DNA from: Perkinsus olseni
Lineage: Eukaryota
Direction of reading: 5' to 3'
Length of the DNA stretch: 51,108 nt
Assembly (NCBI GenBank): GCA_013115125.1
Contig: JABANN010000222.1
Coordinates: 1-51,108, forward strand
The notes under the pieces are model-generated. The model was not told the origin of the DNA. It did not search any database and saw only the letters and a program-made list of their open reading frames with translations. Below, piece by piece: positions 1-15,256 of this stretch. How positions within the stretch are numbered: the stretch's first letter is position 1; every line of letters starts with the position of its first letter. Made by a program: the position numbers and the translations under genes.

Positions 1-223
1 CTATTAATCTGTTATCATTCACTCACCATGGCTTCGGGTTCATCAAACAACACAGGGTCTCCATGGAACTACACGCGCAGATATCGATCAGTTAGGCGCG
101 CGCTAGATTTAGTGATTAGGACACAGAATTTAGTGACAGCCGATGTTTGTGCCCCTCCTCCGCCGCCACGGCCGCCAGCAATCTGTAGTGGTAGTATTGT
201 TACTTCATCTTCTTCATCTTACT

Positions 224-2460
224 ATGGTATATAAAGGACGACAAAGTAGTAGCGGTGGTGGAGGTAGTGATGGTACTAGAACGATGAGTACCAAAAAAGG
301 GATTAATAAGGTAGTAGGCACAGGCTGCTGAATCATCTAATGATTATTATTACATCAGAATGGTGGCCACGTAAAGGGTGGTAATAGTAAAAAGAAGTCA
401 TTCGTTAAGAGCATGGCGAAGCATGATGATCATGATGATGGAGGTGGTGAACCCTCTTCAACAACAAGAAGAAGAAGCACGAAGGTTAAAGGTAACGTGA
501 TTGAGTATGATGATGATGTTGAGTATGGTAAGATGATGATAGATAATACGAGTATAGAGGCATCAGTATCACAACAGAGGCGTGTTATAAAGGAGAAGGC
601 CATCAGAAAGCATGATCCTAATTGGGAGGATCGTAGAAGATTGAACAGACTCTATTCAACCCTTATCAATAATACTCGTAATAACGATGATGATGATACT
701 ACTAGTACTAGTAGTAGTAAGAAGAAGAGTGATATCGTTGATGATATGTTGAAGGAGATGATATCCACTAAAGGCATAAATAACTATATATTGAATCATG
801 CTGGCAGCAGGATTGTACAAGCTTGTATGAAGTATGGTACCACTGAACAAAGGAAGCGTATATTAACAACACTATCAACATCATCATCAACAACAACAAC
901 AACATCTGGTGATGGTAGTAGAAAGGAGTTAGAAGATGCTATATTACAGGGCAAAGCATATGGTATGTTGGCTATTGAAAGGTTGATATCATATGGTATT
1001 AAGACTGATAAGAAGTTGACTATTGAGAGCATAATAAAACCATTGTTGGGTGATAGGAATACGGTATGTTACAACAACTGACGTCAGTAAGAATGTGTTA
1101 TGATGTTTGTAGGTCGAAAGGCTATTCATACATCGTGTGGGATGTCGCTTCCTCTCCACTATGTATACTAATACCAAGATACCCTCACAATATAGACGGT
1201 AACAACAACAACAACAACAGCAATGGTCAACATTCCGCTCATCATCATCATCATCATCCTAATCATTGTTTAGTCGCATTTTCACTATCGTATCCAATCC
1301 ACCGTCGAGTGATATAAAAGTGATATCTGATGAAGATGATGATGTAGATAATAAGAAGGTATTGGAGCATAGGATGAAGGTAGTATCAGTAGGAATGATG
1401 ACTATTCAATAATCCTCACACCATCATCATCATGATGCTTCTTGTTGTTGTTTTTGTTGCAGGTATGTCGCAAGGCCGTTGATAAGGAGTTATTAGATAA
1501 CGGTGCATTGGTACATAAACTCTTCTTGTCTACATTGGAAGTATCGGATACTATTGGCAATACAGATGATATAATAAAGGAGTTGTTACTACTCACCAAC
1601 GAAGGTGCTACGAGGTACTACCATAACAACAAGAACTATTCATGAGATGATATACGAACTACATCATATTATTCCTTGTGATTATTATTATTTCCGATGA
1701 CATTTCCGATATTATCAGGTTGCTATCTTCAAGAGAGGGATCTTTAGTATTTTGTCGTATGTTCGGTTATGCTACTGCTAAACAGAAGAAGGTTCTCATC
1801 AAAGAATGTAAAGGCAACTTCAAAGCCTTGGCTACCAATGCAGTTGATGCAATAGTCGTTATAAGAATGCTACAATGTACTGATGATACTGTATTACTAT
1901 CAAAGACTATATTACAGGAGATACTCACTCCTACTGTTGATGATGATAACAGCAGCAGTAGTAGTAGTATGAGGGATATGTTAACAGATCAATACGGTCA
2001 TTTGGTATTATTATATGCTATGGGTGAGAGGAGACCAAGATTCTATCCTCAATGTTATCGTCAAATTATGGATTTACCTAAACCGTTATCGGTTAAAGAT
2101 GATGAAGTTAGACGTACCGAGGTAATAATAATGATCATGATGAGGATGATGAGGATGATGATATTAGCAATATGAGACATTATTATTAACTATGATTGTT
2201 GTTGTTGTTGTTATCATCAGATACGCAGTAAGATAATGAACAGCATGAAGAGAAGTATTATTATTAATGCTGGTGGTGATGATGATACGGAAGCGTTATA
2301 CAGGCTAATCTTGGATAAATACAGTAGTGTAGTTGTGCTCTATTTATGCTGTAGTTTGGGTAAATATGATAATGATATTACTATCACTAAACGAGTTGTT
2401 CATACCGTATTGCTTCATTCTGGACTCGTCCCTCACGATAATGATCATACTCTTCTTGCT

Positions 2461-2513
<53 letters not shown>

Positions 2514-3104
2514 CGTTGATATTAATAAAGATACTATTCATGATATACCTGGTGAGATAGTATCTTTTCTTTTGGTGCTTATCCTGAAATCAGAATCAGT
2601 ATTAGTAAAGAACACTACATGTGATCTATTGAAGGAATATCTTAAGAATATTAAGATATGTCAACTGGCAACGACAAGATGGGCATTTATACTCAAGTCT
2701 ATGATTGATGTATTATCAAGGAAGGAGAGATCTTGGATCATCAATAAAGTTAAAGAAGAGGGTATGGATAACGTTAAGAAGGCTATTCAGGATAGGCTTG
2801 ATAATAATAACAAGAACAACAACAATGATAACCAGGTAGTTGGTAGTTGACTACATGAACATTGCAAACAGCAGCAACAACATGAACGTCATGAGCTGTT
2901 ATTGTTGTTTAGGGTGGTGGTGGTAAGAGTAGTAATAAGGGTGGTCAAGCGTTGATCGATACTCTCACTGCTGCTGTCATATCCGAAAATGATGATGATG
3001 AAGATATTGATGATGGAGAAGAGCAACAACAAGAAGAAGAAGAAGAAGTTGGAATCGTTGAAGATGAAGATGAAGAAGTTGGACTTGCAGATGATGATGA
3101 GTAG
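224..3104 (+). CDS. Pumilio-repeat nucleolar protein, PUF6/PUM3 (Puf-A)-like; multi-exon
   Basis: Spliced translation has a basic/acidic N-terminus, HAGSRIVQACMKYGTTEQRKRI, LLSSREGSLVFCRMFGYATAKQKKVLIKECKG, DDTVLLSKTILQEI and DQYGHLVLLY, typical of Puf6/PUM3; GT-AG introns; acidic tail ending TAG at 3102-3104. Confidence 0.8.
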
Positions 3105-3660
3105 TTTCCCCACTACTAACGTATTATAATACTACTATCAGTCTCCACGTATTGTACAACAACGTGGTGTTGTTGTTGTAAGTGGTGACGCGGGCAATGA
3201 GAACTACTCTGGGCTGCTGCTTCCCATCATTATTCTTCTTGTTGACGATGCGATTGTATGGTGATAATGCGGTATTATTAACAACCACCGATCGATTGAC
3301 TACTACAGACATAATAATGATGGTTAATAATGATTATCGAAGAAACGGTATATGCTACAAGGATGATGCATAACACCGATTGGACACCGATTGGCAATTA
3401 CGATACTATCAACAATAACAGGAGATAGCTGCGATAAATGGCAAGAATATATAACCGCCAACTGGTGGTGGTGTCTAGTGGAGAAGGATTGATGGAAGGA
3501 ACGTGAACGACGGAAGAATGTTCTTATCGTCATCATCATCATCAACTGCTGCTGCTGCTGCTGCTACTGCTGCTGAGAGCACTACCATTTAGACACGAGC
3601 ATTGAGGCCGTCAGCAGAAGGCATGTTATTTATTGCTGATGTAGCATTGGTACTACTACT

Positions 3661-4125
3661 CAGTCAGTCAGTCAGTCAGTAAGCGCTTATATCCATCTAG
3701 GGGACGTGCGCGCCTCGAATAACAGTAAATTTATGCCATTGCGCTCTATCCATAACATCCTTCCGAGCGCGCCTCCATACACCACCACGATCCTCAAGAT
3801 CTTCTTTAACCAACTTCAACCATCTAGAGATTTCCTTAAACTCAGCCTCTATCCACTCTCTCTGTATAGACCCCTCCGGTTGCCTCAATGCATGGCCGAA
3901 CCAACGCAGACGCTTCTGACTCATCACCTCCTTCACCGTCCACCCATCCAACCATCGCATAATCTCAACTTCTGATACCTTCCAGTCGAATTCCCCCTCA
4001 ACCACATTCGCAGAATCAGCCTCATTTTTCTCCCATCTCAATACATAAGAGACCAATTTATTACAACACTTCTGTAATCTATCTACATCATTCTTCACAC
4101 ATACCCACGCCTCAGAATTATACGC

Positions 4126-4126
<1 letters not shown>
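3661..4126 (-). mobile_element. 5'-truncated RTE-clade non-LTR retrotransposon (C-terminus of RT ORF, short 3' UTR, (ACTG)n tail)
   Basis: Translation YNSEAW..RLQKC..VLRW...KRLRWFGHALR...WLKLVKEDL...DRAQW matches the post-RT tail of RTE elements; stop at 3697-3699; five-copy tetranucleotide tail at 3661-3680; (TAC)n on both flanks. Confidence 0.85.

Positions 4127-4168
<42 letters not shown>
4127..4168. repeat. (TAC)n microsatellite abutting the RTE 5' junction
   Basis: Directly visible tandem TAC; a shorter TAC run lies at 3651-3660 on the other side of the element. Confidence 0.95.
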
Positions 4169-5762
4169 CGCTGTGAAGTGCTAGTGGCGCCGACGCGGGA
4201 TCTTTGCGGTTCTAAGACGTTCGCCGTGTTCCTGTTGCTGATATGAAAAGCTTACTTCGCTCGTTTGGCTGAGGGATGGGGCAGAGTGTGAGCCTGACGC
4301 TTCTGGGTTGGGGGTTAACCTAATATCAAGACGACCTCTCCTAACCGGAAAACATGGGAAGACGGTCTACGGTACACACTCCCTAGGACTTGAGCGTTAG
4401 TCGAGGGAACGAGAACCATACCGTGCCACATCATCATCACGAATGGTGTAATACTCACGAGGAGGGCTCATCCGAGGCCGACTCAGGGGCACGCTCTTTC
4501 TCTATTTCGCAGGACTGACTGAGAGGAAAGAACACGGGCAGCATTATCTTAGGGCAGGACTACGCAGAAAACAACAACGGCCGTGACATGGTCCACCACC
4601 GGAGACCTCAAAAGGGAGTCTGATGGGGCGCGTGGACTCGAGTAAATACCTCAGCTGCTGCAGCTGCTGTTACTATACCAATCATCGCCCTCTTCTTCAG
4701 ATCCACTTCTGGATGGCTTCCCACTCTGCAAGTGCGGCAAATGTCAACAAACGTGTTGGCAGAGAAGGGAACCGTTCCGACGCTTCGATTAGGAAGGTTT
4801 CTGCGAACTCAACAGCACGTTCGAACTCGCTACCTGCAAACGTAAATGAGACGACGCGCCTGATGTGATCAACAATCTTGGTGGAACGCAATCCTTCTTA
4901 CACCTGCAAGGCATACCTGTCGCAGACGACGACATCCGACGACAAGGCTGCCCACGAGGAAGAAACATAAGGAGTGGCGACACTGCAATAATACGGCTAC
5001 TATCCCGGGAATCTCCAAGTCCCGGGCCCGTTTAATCAATCAAGCGCAACAGGAGAGCTTTCGACTTCTACTGAAGCCACGTTGCCATGGTATAGACCTG
5101 GGCATCGTGGTGGCGCATACTGTGATTCCAATAGCATATCCGCTGGAGGTACTCCAGTGGAGTAAGCACGACATCGTACGACGGCAGCAGCAGCAGCCGT
5201 CTTGTGGCACTGCCTGACTGACGGTGGCAACTGAAATTTGGGTGATGCCTGTATCTGTGCATCGAGATCTGCGTGCGCCGAGCAGTTGGGACCATGTGCT
5301 CTTAGTGAGACTCTCTACCCTCAACTAATCCCTCAAGACATAGACGATGCTCATCGCCACCCCTGCCACGGAAATAGACGATACTATTGTTATAGAGGAG
5401 TAGGGGATGTCTTAACGCTCCCAGTGGTTGGTGATGGTATGATAATAGTAAGAGGGGAGGAGGTAACGAAGAAGAAGACTCCAATGAAGGATATGATGAT
5501 GATGGTTATCTGCGTGTTGTTGTATTATCATTATTATGCTGATCCTGTCATGTTGCCTGACAACTATTACACTCATCGTCCATACGCTGCCATTGTCTAA
5601 TTAACTGTGGCTGATGATAACAACAACACAGTGGTTCAGTAGGACGTTAGTACTACTATTACAACAGGGTAATAATAATGATGAATAGAAACAACAACGT
5701 TAGTACGTGGGGATAATGACGTTAGTGGATGACGACCGATAATAGCATCAACCTCACCATCA

Positions 5763-7006
5763 TCAGTCCTCCTCTTCAACATCATCATCGGATGGTGTGG
5801 TATTCCCCTCGGTAGCAGTAGTACGGCCGAATATCTCATCAAGATCATCCTCCTCGAGGTTAGCTGCAACCTTGCGCATCTTAGACTTCTCATGTTCAAC
5901 AACCTTTGCTTCATGTTCAACCTAATAATACAACAACAACAACAACTGTTGCTATGACCCAACTAGTGTAGTAGTATCATTATTACAGCCCTAGCCCTCT
6001 TCAACTGTCTCCTCATCTCAGTGGGTGATTCATATCTTATATTACGGTATATAACATCACCACTAAAGCTGCCTGATAGCACTATGATGGGCTGTAACAC
6101 CATCCTGGGGCCAATCTCGGTAAGAGTCTGTTTATCCGGATTATTCATGTTCTCTGCTCCCTCTGGACTGATCTGATAGTGTCTAAGACGGAAAGGTTGT
6201 CGGTTAGATCCCTGGTAATGACGTATTACCTAATCCATATCTTATTATCCAACCAATAGAAGGCCATAACATGATCATAGAAGGGTTTGGATTTAGGATG
6301 GTTACGCGGTACCTTAGATAACATCATGAACAACACTACTACTCCCCCGTCATCATACTACCCCGAACATCTTGATGAACATTTGCTTGTATAACGCCAA
6401 CTGTGGTGAGTTGGTGTTATCATCAAACGCCGCATCAAAGTGTAGTAGTGGTCTTGAACCATGTAGACAGTTACCGGTAAGCTTCATCTCGCCCAGGGTG
6501 TGCACTAACCACCACCACAACCATCAACACCACCATACTAAGGGTTATTATTACCATTATGTATTTGGAACTTGGCTGTAGGGCCATTAGGCATGCATCC
6601 CATCCATAGATAACAGTATTCCGATTTACGGCATTCTAGGTACCTAAGGACGGAGGCTACTACTACTACTACTACCCATCATGTGTTGTTGTTATCATTA
6701 GTACATGCAGTTATTGCAGCTCTTTAGTTCACATATTTCCTTTAAATCCTGTAGCCTTTGTTTTTTCTCAAACTTAGGTTCGGATTTACTATGTACACAC
6801 ATCCTCTTGACATCCTCCAATAGATGACGATATCGTGATGTTATCCCTCGACTACCAAACACCAATACGCGTTGTCTATTACGCCATCTATGCTCGGTCT
6901 TAATGTACTCAGCATCCTCTAGGTAGTATGGATCCTTATTAACTACCTCCTCATCACCCTGCTGGGGTATGAGTTCAGCTACTTCCTCATCAGTGGTAGA
7001 GGCCAT
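5763..7006 (-). CDS. BRX1: Ribosome biogenesis protein BRX1 (Brix domain); multi-exon
   Basis: WRNRQRVLVFGSRGITSRYRHLLED..HSKSEPK..LKEICELKSCNNC, YLECRK..YLWM..PNGPTAKF and LTEIGPRMVLQPI..SGSFSG..Y are BRX1 motifs. Confidence 0.92.
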
Positions 7007-7115
7007 TAGTATCACCAACTATTATTACCCTACAACAACAACAACGAACGTCATCAAACCAACCCGCCGCTATCCACAACAAATTCCCAACATACCGTCA
7101 CTCGCCACAAAACTC

Positions 7116-7127
7116 CGTCGCGCGCCA
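7116..7127. promoter_or_regulatory. Putative strand-switch promoter element CGTCGCGCGCCA between divergent BRX1 and hutI
   Basis: Within the ~190 bp head-to-head spacer; the CGCRCGCC core recurs at other divergent junctions; CGCCACAAAA occurs twice here. Confidence 0.5.
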
Positions 7128-7194
7128 CAAAATAGGTAGGCCTTCCGGGGAAATTCTATCAGGATTGCCCTTTTCCCAGATCTTTTTCCGTCGA

Positions 7195-8902
<1,708 letters not shown>

Positions 8903-9051
8903 CCACCACCGACGATAAGGTCACCTACAGCATGTTATCATTCTTATTGTTATTAAATATTGTTGTCTGTTTCACTCCTACAGCGCAGTCGTTGTTGGAC
9001 TTGGTTAATGATGAATGACGGCATGGTATTCGGTGGTAGTTGTTGTTGATT

Positions 9052-11166
9052 ATGACTAAGAAGAGGACCAAGAAGGGGGTCCCCCTCCCACCGATCAGTA
9101 TACATGATATACCCGATAAACCCACTAATACTATTACATTAACACCCAGGTAACGATAATACCATCATCATCATCATCATCATCGTGGTAGTAGTCTGAT
9201 GAACTCAGATCATCCTATGCATGCTCATCTGAGGGTATAGATATCGTGGATCTACTGTAATAACCGCAACATCCTCCCTCCGGTTATGGTGTAAGGCAGC
9301 CGGATGCACTGCCATTCCTGTGCTGCCACCACAGTTACCGTCCAGTTGAAGCCTTTGCTGATGGTCAACTATCACCACGGCTCGTTAAACTACGGTAATA
9401 CTACTACTACTACCACCACCACCGTTGGGGATTCTATCATCAGATATGATTTTTATGAAGCTAAACGAAAGGATCTTCTTACTGCTGCCAAGCTAGCTTG
9501 GCAGGATAAATTAATACCAATTAATACCACCAAGGGAGGAGGAGGAGGAGGTAGTGATGATGATGATGATGCACTACGGCAGTGGTTCGTACTATCATCG
9601 ACAGCCACCCAACCATCGTCGTCATCAACTGCTACTGCTGGTGGTGGGACGGTTTTAATACCGGGAGTTGATGATGAGCAGATGCTAGGAAAGTTAGATG
9701 AGTAGTATTAGCATCCTTAGAGGGTAGAGTAATGCCACTAGGGTCGGCTGTATTATTGTAGATACTGTACAGTGCAGCTGGAGCGACATAAATTGAATAG
9801 GATACAGCAACATGAGAGGAGATGGTTGGAGTCCACATTAGGCCACGAGTTGAACATGTTGAAGGAGATGGAGAATAGTGTGGCATACATGGAAGCTGAG
9901 GACAACTCAGCTGCTGATAAGATGGCTGACGATGCAGCTAAGATGAAGGAACTGAATGATAAGAGGAGGGAGAGGGAAGAAGCAAAACAAGCAGAGGCTG
10001 AGGCACAGTCTAGGTTAGAGAAGGAGATGGCTAAGAGGGAGTTCCTAAGGCAACAACAGGAGTTGATGGATCATCAGAAAAAGGAAGAAGAGAGAAAACA
10101 GGTAGTCACCGTGCTGGAGTAGCACTAGGAGCTGGTATCATCATCAGGCATTACACGAGAAGTCACTAGCCGAGGCCGAGCGTAGGAGGAAGCAAGAATA
10201 TGATAAGATGATGCAGCAGGAGTATGCCTGGAGGTGAGAAGAAGGAGGGGTCTGTTGGTGGTGGAGGAGGCGGGAGGGGTAATGGTAGGTTACAACAAGA
10301 TAAGTTGAATGAGATGAATAGAAAAGATGAGGAGAGGTTGAGAATACAAGAAGAACAGAAAGAACACAGACAGGAGTATATGAGATCTATTATTAAAAAG
10401 AAAAACGATAGGTGAGTATCATCATCGTCATCATGATCATCATGAGTTGTTGTTGGTGTGGTATTGTATATCAGGGTGATGGCATCCATGAAAAATAATG
10501 AAGAATTGGAGATCAGGAGGAAACAAGAGTAATGCTGTTAATCACTGTTAGTAGTGCTAATTGGTAATAGTGTAGGTATCTTGATCGATTAGAACAGGAA
10601 GAAGCTAGAGAACAGAGGTTAGAGGAAAGGAGAAGATACCATCATGAGGAGGGGGTAGTAGTAGCGGTGATGAATACTACCATCAGCTGAAGTGATAGTA
10701 TCATCATCATCAGAGTAAACGGTCGCTAGCATTGGCATTGAAGAGGAAACATATTATAAATGAGGCTGTGAGGAGACAAGAAGAGAGGAGGAAAGCAATA
10801 CTAGACCATCAACAGGAGACCGAACAGAGGCTACTAGAACATGAGATCAAGAGAGAACGGTAATGGGGACAATGGGGACACTAGCGGCTTATTCAGGCTT
10901 ATCGTGTTTTTGGTATTGTTGTTAGGTATCTAGCCTTTAAAAGAGAGTTAGATGCGTTAAAGAACAAGAATAAGGAGATGAACGTCATGAGGCAGAGGAG
11001 AAGGGAAGAGCATAAGAGGAATACCTATGCTGTGCAGTCGAGGATAAAGAATGAGAAGAGTGATAACCTTATAGGGGAGAGGAATAGGTTATGGGAGGAG
11101 AGGAGGCAGACGGGCCTGGAGGCATACAGGGCAAGAGAGCTCATCAAGTCCACTATCATGGATATG

Positions 11167-11218
<52 letters not shown>

Positions 11219-11452
11219 AGCGACAGGGTTGTTATGATGGCATCTGATTGTAGGTTAAATCTAAGCTTAGCTCTGGTAAATTAGAGAAGGTTATCAAGGA
11301 TATACTCAGGAAGAAAAGATTCTCTCCAGATGTAGTAGCTATGCCGATAGCGTTGTTGTTGTTGTTGCATTGGCGGTGGTGGTGATGTGGTCTATCAGGC
11401 ATCATCATCATCATCAACACCAGCAGCAGCACTCCTCAATCATGCATCATAA
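9052..11452 (+). CDS. Uncharacterised long charged coiled-coil (E/K/R/Q-rich) protein; multi-exon
   Basis: Exons joined by GT-AG introns give TPRSSYAC..GID..DLL..YDFYEAKRKDLL followed by several hundred residues of E/K/R-rich heptad-like sequence. Confidence 0.65.
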
Positions 11453-11549
11453 CATCATGTAATGATGTACTCTACCATATACTCTCGTTGTTGATTTCGT
11501 ATAAGGGTTCGTATGAGGGTATGCTGTCTAAGGCTGCTGTTCCATCGCC

Positions 11550-11909
11550 ATGGTAGTATCCACTAGAGTAGGGCAGAGTAGTAGTAGAGGGAGGCTGTTA
11601 ACAACATTAGAGGTAGAACAATATAAAGAGTTATTGAAGAAGGAAGAGGACAGCAGGAGGAGGGGGAAGCAGACGGCGGCGGCGGTAGGGGAGGAGGAGA
11701 AGGAGGGCATCAGCCGATCATCAAGTTACTTCTCTATACTGGGGTAACAGTAAGAACCAGTATCAGCAATCACACCCAGTCACGTGTTGTTGTGGGTTAG
11801 TATTATCAAACCACGTCATGTGGAGGTTAGGGCTATTAAATATACCTACGATAGGCTAAGGGATAATACACTATATAACGAGAGAGTGAAGGTGATAGTA
11901 CTACCAGTA

Positions 11910-11957
<48 letters not shown>

Positions 11958-12292
11958 TAGTAGTAGTATCATGGATACTTGCTCATTATCAGAATGATAC
12001 CCTCCTACCACATAGCAGAGTATTGGATACAAGAAGGAAGATACTAACGAGTCAGGTATTGATACGACGTCCTCCCCTGCCATGGCCTCCCCTGCCATGG
12101 CCTACACTATCATCATGCTCATGGTAGGATATTGGATGGCATACCACTGGGCAGACGCTCATCATGGACAATCATAATGAGCAAGTACCCAATGAGAGGA
12201 AGAGTGAGGGTATCTGAACACTCAATGTACCCATACCACCATCATCAGGTATAATGAGATATACTCAACTCAGTCGTATGGGGTATTGGTAG
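11550..12292 (+). CDS. Small protein resembling FAM183/CFAP144-type axonemal proteins
   Basis: Spliced product has YKELLKKE...KP...LLPHSR..ILTSQDIGW...RKSEGIMRY; ELxxKE and T-SQ-IGW recall FAM183-type proteins; resemblance by eye only. Confidence 0.35.
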
Positions 12293-12592
12293 TAATAGTG
12301 GTAGTAGTATTCATCAACACCAACGTAGCCTACCATCATGTAAATCAAAACATATTACTAGAGTCTTATAACTATGTCTACCAACATCATCATGAGTATG
12401 TTACTAACCTCCCCTTGGTCGTAGAGTTATCAGTGTATAACCACCAATCCACCAGTAGTAGTAGCAGTGGCGGTGTTGTTCTGGGTGATTAGGGCAAAGG
12501 CAATGACACTGATAGTAGCTACATGGACTGGGCGTGTATTGCTATCACGTAACCTTTATGTAACAGTATACTTCAACAACAACAACAACTCC

Positions 12593-14502
12593 ATGCAACA
12601 ACAACCCGATACTCATCATCATACTCATCATCTATCATCTGGGAGGACGTCGATGATGATGAAGTCCTCATCCTCTACTCATGGTGCCTCAAGAGTATCT
12701 AATGTTCGACAACCTTGCTCTACATGGATGGATGATATCCGGGGGAAATTAGAGGTACGACTCGATAATGTTGTAAAGTTGATGATGGACGATATAACAA
12801 TGGTAATGGAAAATAGTAGGAATACTGCAGCGGACGGAGGGAAGAAGACAGCATCACCACCATCGAAAGAAGTAGGTTACAGCTGTTTCTAGCAGTGGTG
12901 ATGTCGCTGTTCATAGTATTCCCACCTCTTCAGTATGTCGATAGGGCTACATCACCAATCATATCATCATCATCCCAGTATGATGCTTCCCTTGGCAGCA
13001 GTGATGTGCCCGATATGTCGCGTATACGTAATACTACAGTAGCATTACTGTTCGAGGCAGCATCAGCAGCATCACCGACTGTTGATGGGCCTACAGCAGT
13101 GGGTGGTGGTGGTTATGATGATGGTAAAGAGGCTCTGATGAGAGTAGATAGGATACTACGTGGATGGTTGTCGGAGACATTACCTTTGAAGGAAGTTGTT
13201 GTTGAATCATTACTAGCAGCAGCTGCTGCTCCTAACGTACACTACGCTGATGCCATGCTGAACTGGATGACTCGGAAGGACACTTTGGATGTATTACTCG
13301 AACTAGTTAACAAAGGGGCCACTGTTGATATAATAGAACTACTACTACAACGCCTCGTCACCCCCACTACCCCATCACCATCGGACACCTGTAGCGAGGA
13401 TAATAATGATGCTGATAATAGGGATATGGTACATGTGCTAAGAAGGTGTTTATATCATCATCATCGTGAGGAGTCGATGGCAGAAGGTGTAGCTGATATA
13501 CTCAAGTCACAGTTAATAGTGGCTGAATCATTGGTGGGTAATAATTGCTACCGATCTGCCGACTACAGGGGTGCTGCTGAGAGCTACAAAGCTGCTATCG
13601 ATGTTATTACTCAACTGCCTCATCATCCACCTCTACATACCGATAATTTGGTGAAGTTACGGTATAACTTGGCAAGAGCATTGTACAGACTGGGCGAATG
13701 GACTAATGCCGTGGTTGAGTGTGATGCCTGCCTAGCATTAGATACATCCTATGCCAATGCTAGAGTACAGAGGGCACAGTGTCATACAGCCCTGCTCAGG
13801 TTTGAGGAAGCTGCTAAGGTAGTACTACTGCTCAGCTTTATGATGATGATTTTGTCGTGGTGGTGGTCAGGACTATGAATTACTTGGGTGGACGTCTAAA
13901 GCTAATGAAGTTGGTAGGTTAGCCACATGTGACCATTATACTGTACTTAGACTGCCGCACTATGCCAATGATAATGATGTTAAAACCGCATTCAGAGATC
14001 TAGCTAGGTTATGGCATCCTGATAAGAATGGTCATAGGACAACTGATGAAATAAAAAGGTCATACCACCACCACAACCACCATTCATGATCATGTTGTTG
14101 TTGTAGATGCCATGCCTGGTTTCATCGTATACAGGAGAGTTACAGGGTGCTCACTGACCCTATTGAGAGAATGGAGTATGATCTGCTGTTAAGAAGGACT
14201 ACAATAGGAGGCAGCAGCAGCAGCTCCTCGGCGCATACTGCTGCTGCTGCTGCTGCTAACATAACCCCTACACCACCATCAACACCCAGCCAATACTTCA
14301 ATACTACCAATGAGGAGAGTGGAGGGGGCAGCCAGGGACGAAGGACGAGGAGGAGGGAGGCGACAATAATAAGGCAGTTTAAGGACAGGTGATGTCCATG
14401 GGGATGCCCGGAGGAGGAACATCATGATGATGATGATGATGATGTCTATGATGCTTGTAAGGGTCCCAATGCCGAGGAGGTCATCATCATCATCACCACA
14501 TC

Positions 14503-14566
<64 letters not shown>

Positions 14567-14695
14567 GTCTGATGATGATGAGGCCCTCGGGGAGTAGGCT
14601 ACTTCCGGACACCAAATGCCACCCTTTATCATTATCATTAGATTTACATTCATCACCGCCCACACCGAGGATGGCCCTGCTGCTGCTGATGCTGC

Positions 14696-14729
<34 letters not shown>

Positions 14730-15125
14730 ACTCATAGTACTGCTAGTGCCAATACAGTACGTTACCATCACTACGATGGCCATCCAACTCCAGCCGAAGG
14801 GAGTAGAGGAGAGAGTGCAGCTAAGAGGGATGGGTATCAGCAGGATGAGGCAGATGCTGATGATGCCAAGCCCCCCTCCTCGTCCTCCTTCACCACCCGT
14901 CGGCGTAGGGATGCAGGGGGGATACAGACAGGCTTTGCTGGCCTCAAATCGAGGTGGGCCATACCTCAACAGCAGCAGCAGCGGAAGCTGAAGTGTTGTT
15001 GTGTTCAGAATGTCGGAAGTTTTCTCATCTCGTCCAAGCGAGTGGCGTCGTCGAGGGTCTCTCAACAAACCGGGTCCGTCGACAAGACATTCTCGGAGTA
15101 CATCCGCTCTCATAAGTGAGGGAGT

Positions 15126-15158
<33 letters not shown>

Positions 15159-15256
15159 GAACATGGATGTGGTATGCCGCTGCTGCTGCTGTTGCGATGC
15201 TGATGATACACTATAAGCAGACGGACGCCCTTTCAGTGTGGTGGCCAAGATCATGA
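12593..15256 (+). CDS. TPR + J-domain co-chaperone (DNAJC7-like) with long low-complexity tail; ends uncertain
   Basis: TPRs (GNNCYRSADYRGAAESYKAAI; YNLARALYRLGEW..AVVECDACLALD..YANARVQRA) then J-domain DHYTVL..VKTAFRDLARLWHPDKN..IQESYRVLTDP..R.EYD; the tail can be spliced in frame through poly-Q/H/D exons. Confidence 0.8.

Noticed and set aside
3120-3650. Short ORFs between PUF6-like gene and RTE
   Set aside because: No frame gives a recognisable or consistently spliceable protein
4185-4200. TGGCGCCGACGCGGGA resembling an LTR primer-binding site
   Set aside because: No LTR ending in CA upstream and no gag/pol downstream
14390-14392. In-frame TGA followed by open CPWGC sequence (possible selenocysteine/readthrough)
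   Set aside because: The TGA lies in a plausible GT-AG intron starting at 14389 that restores the frame; no SECIS evidence
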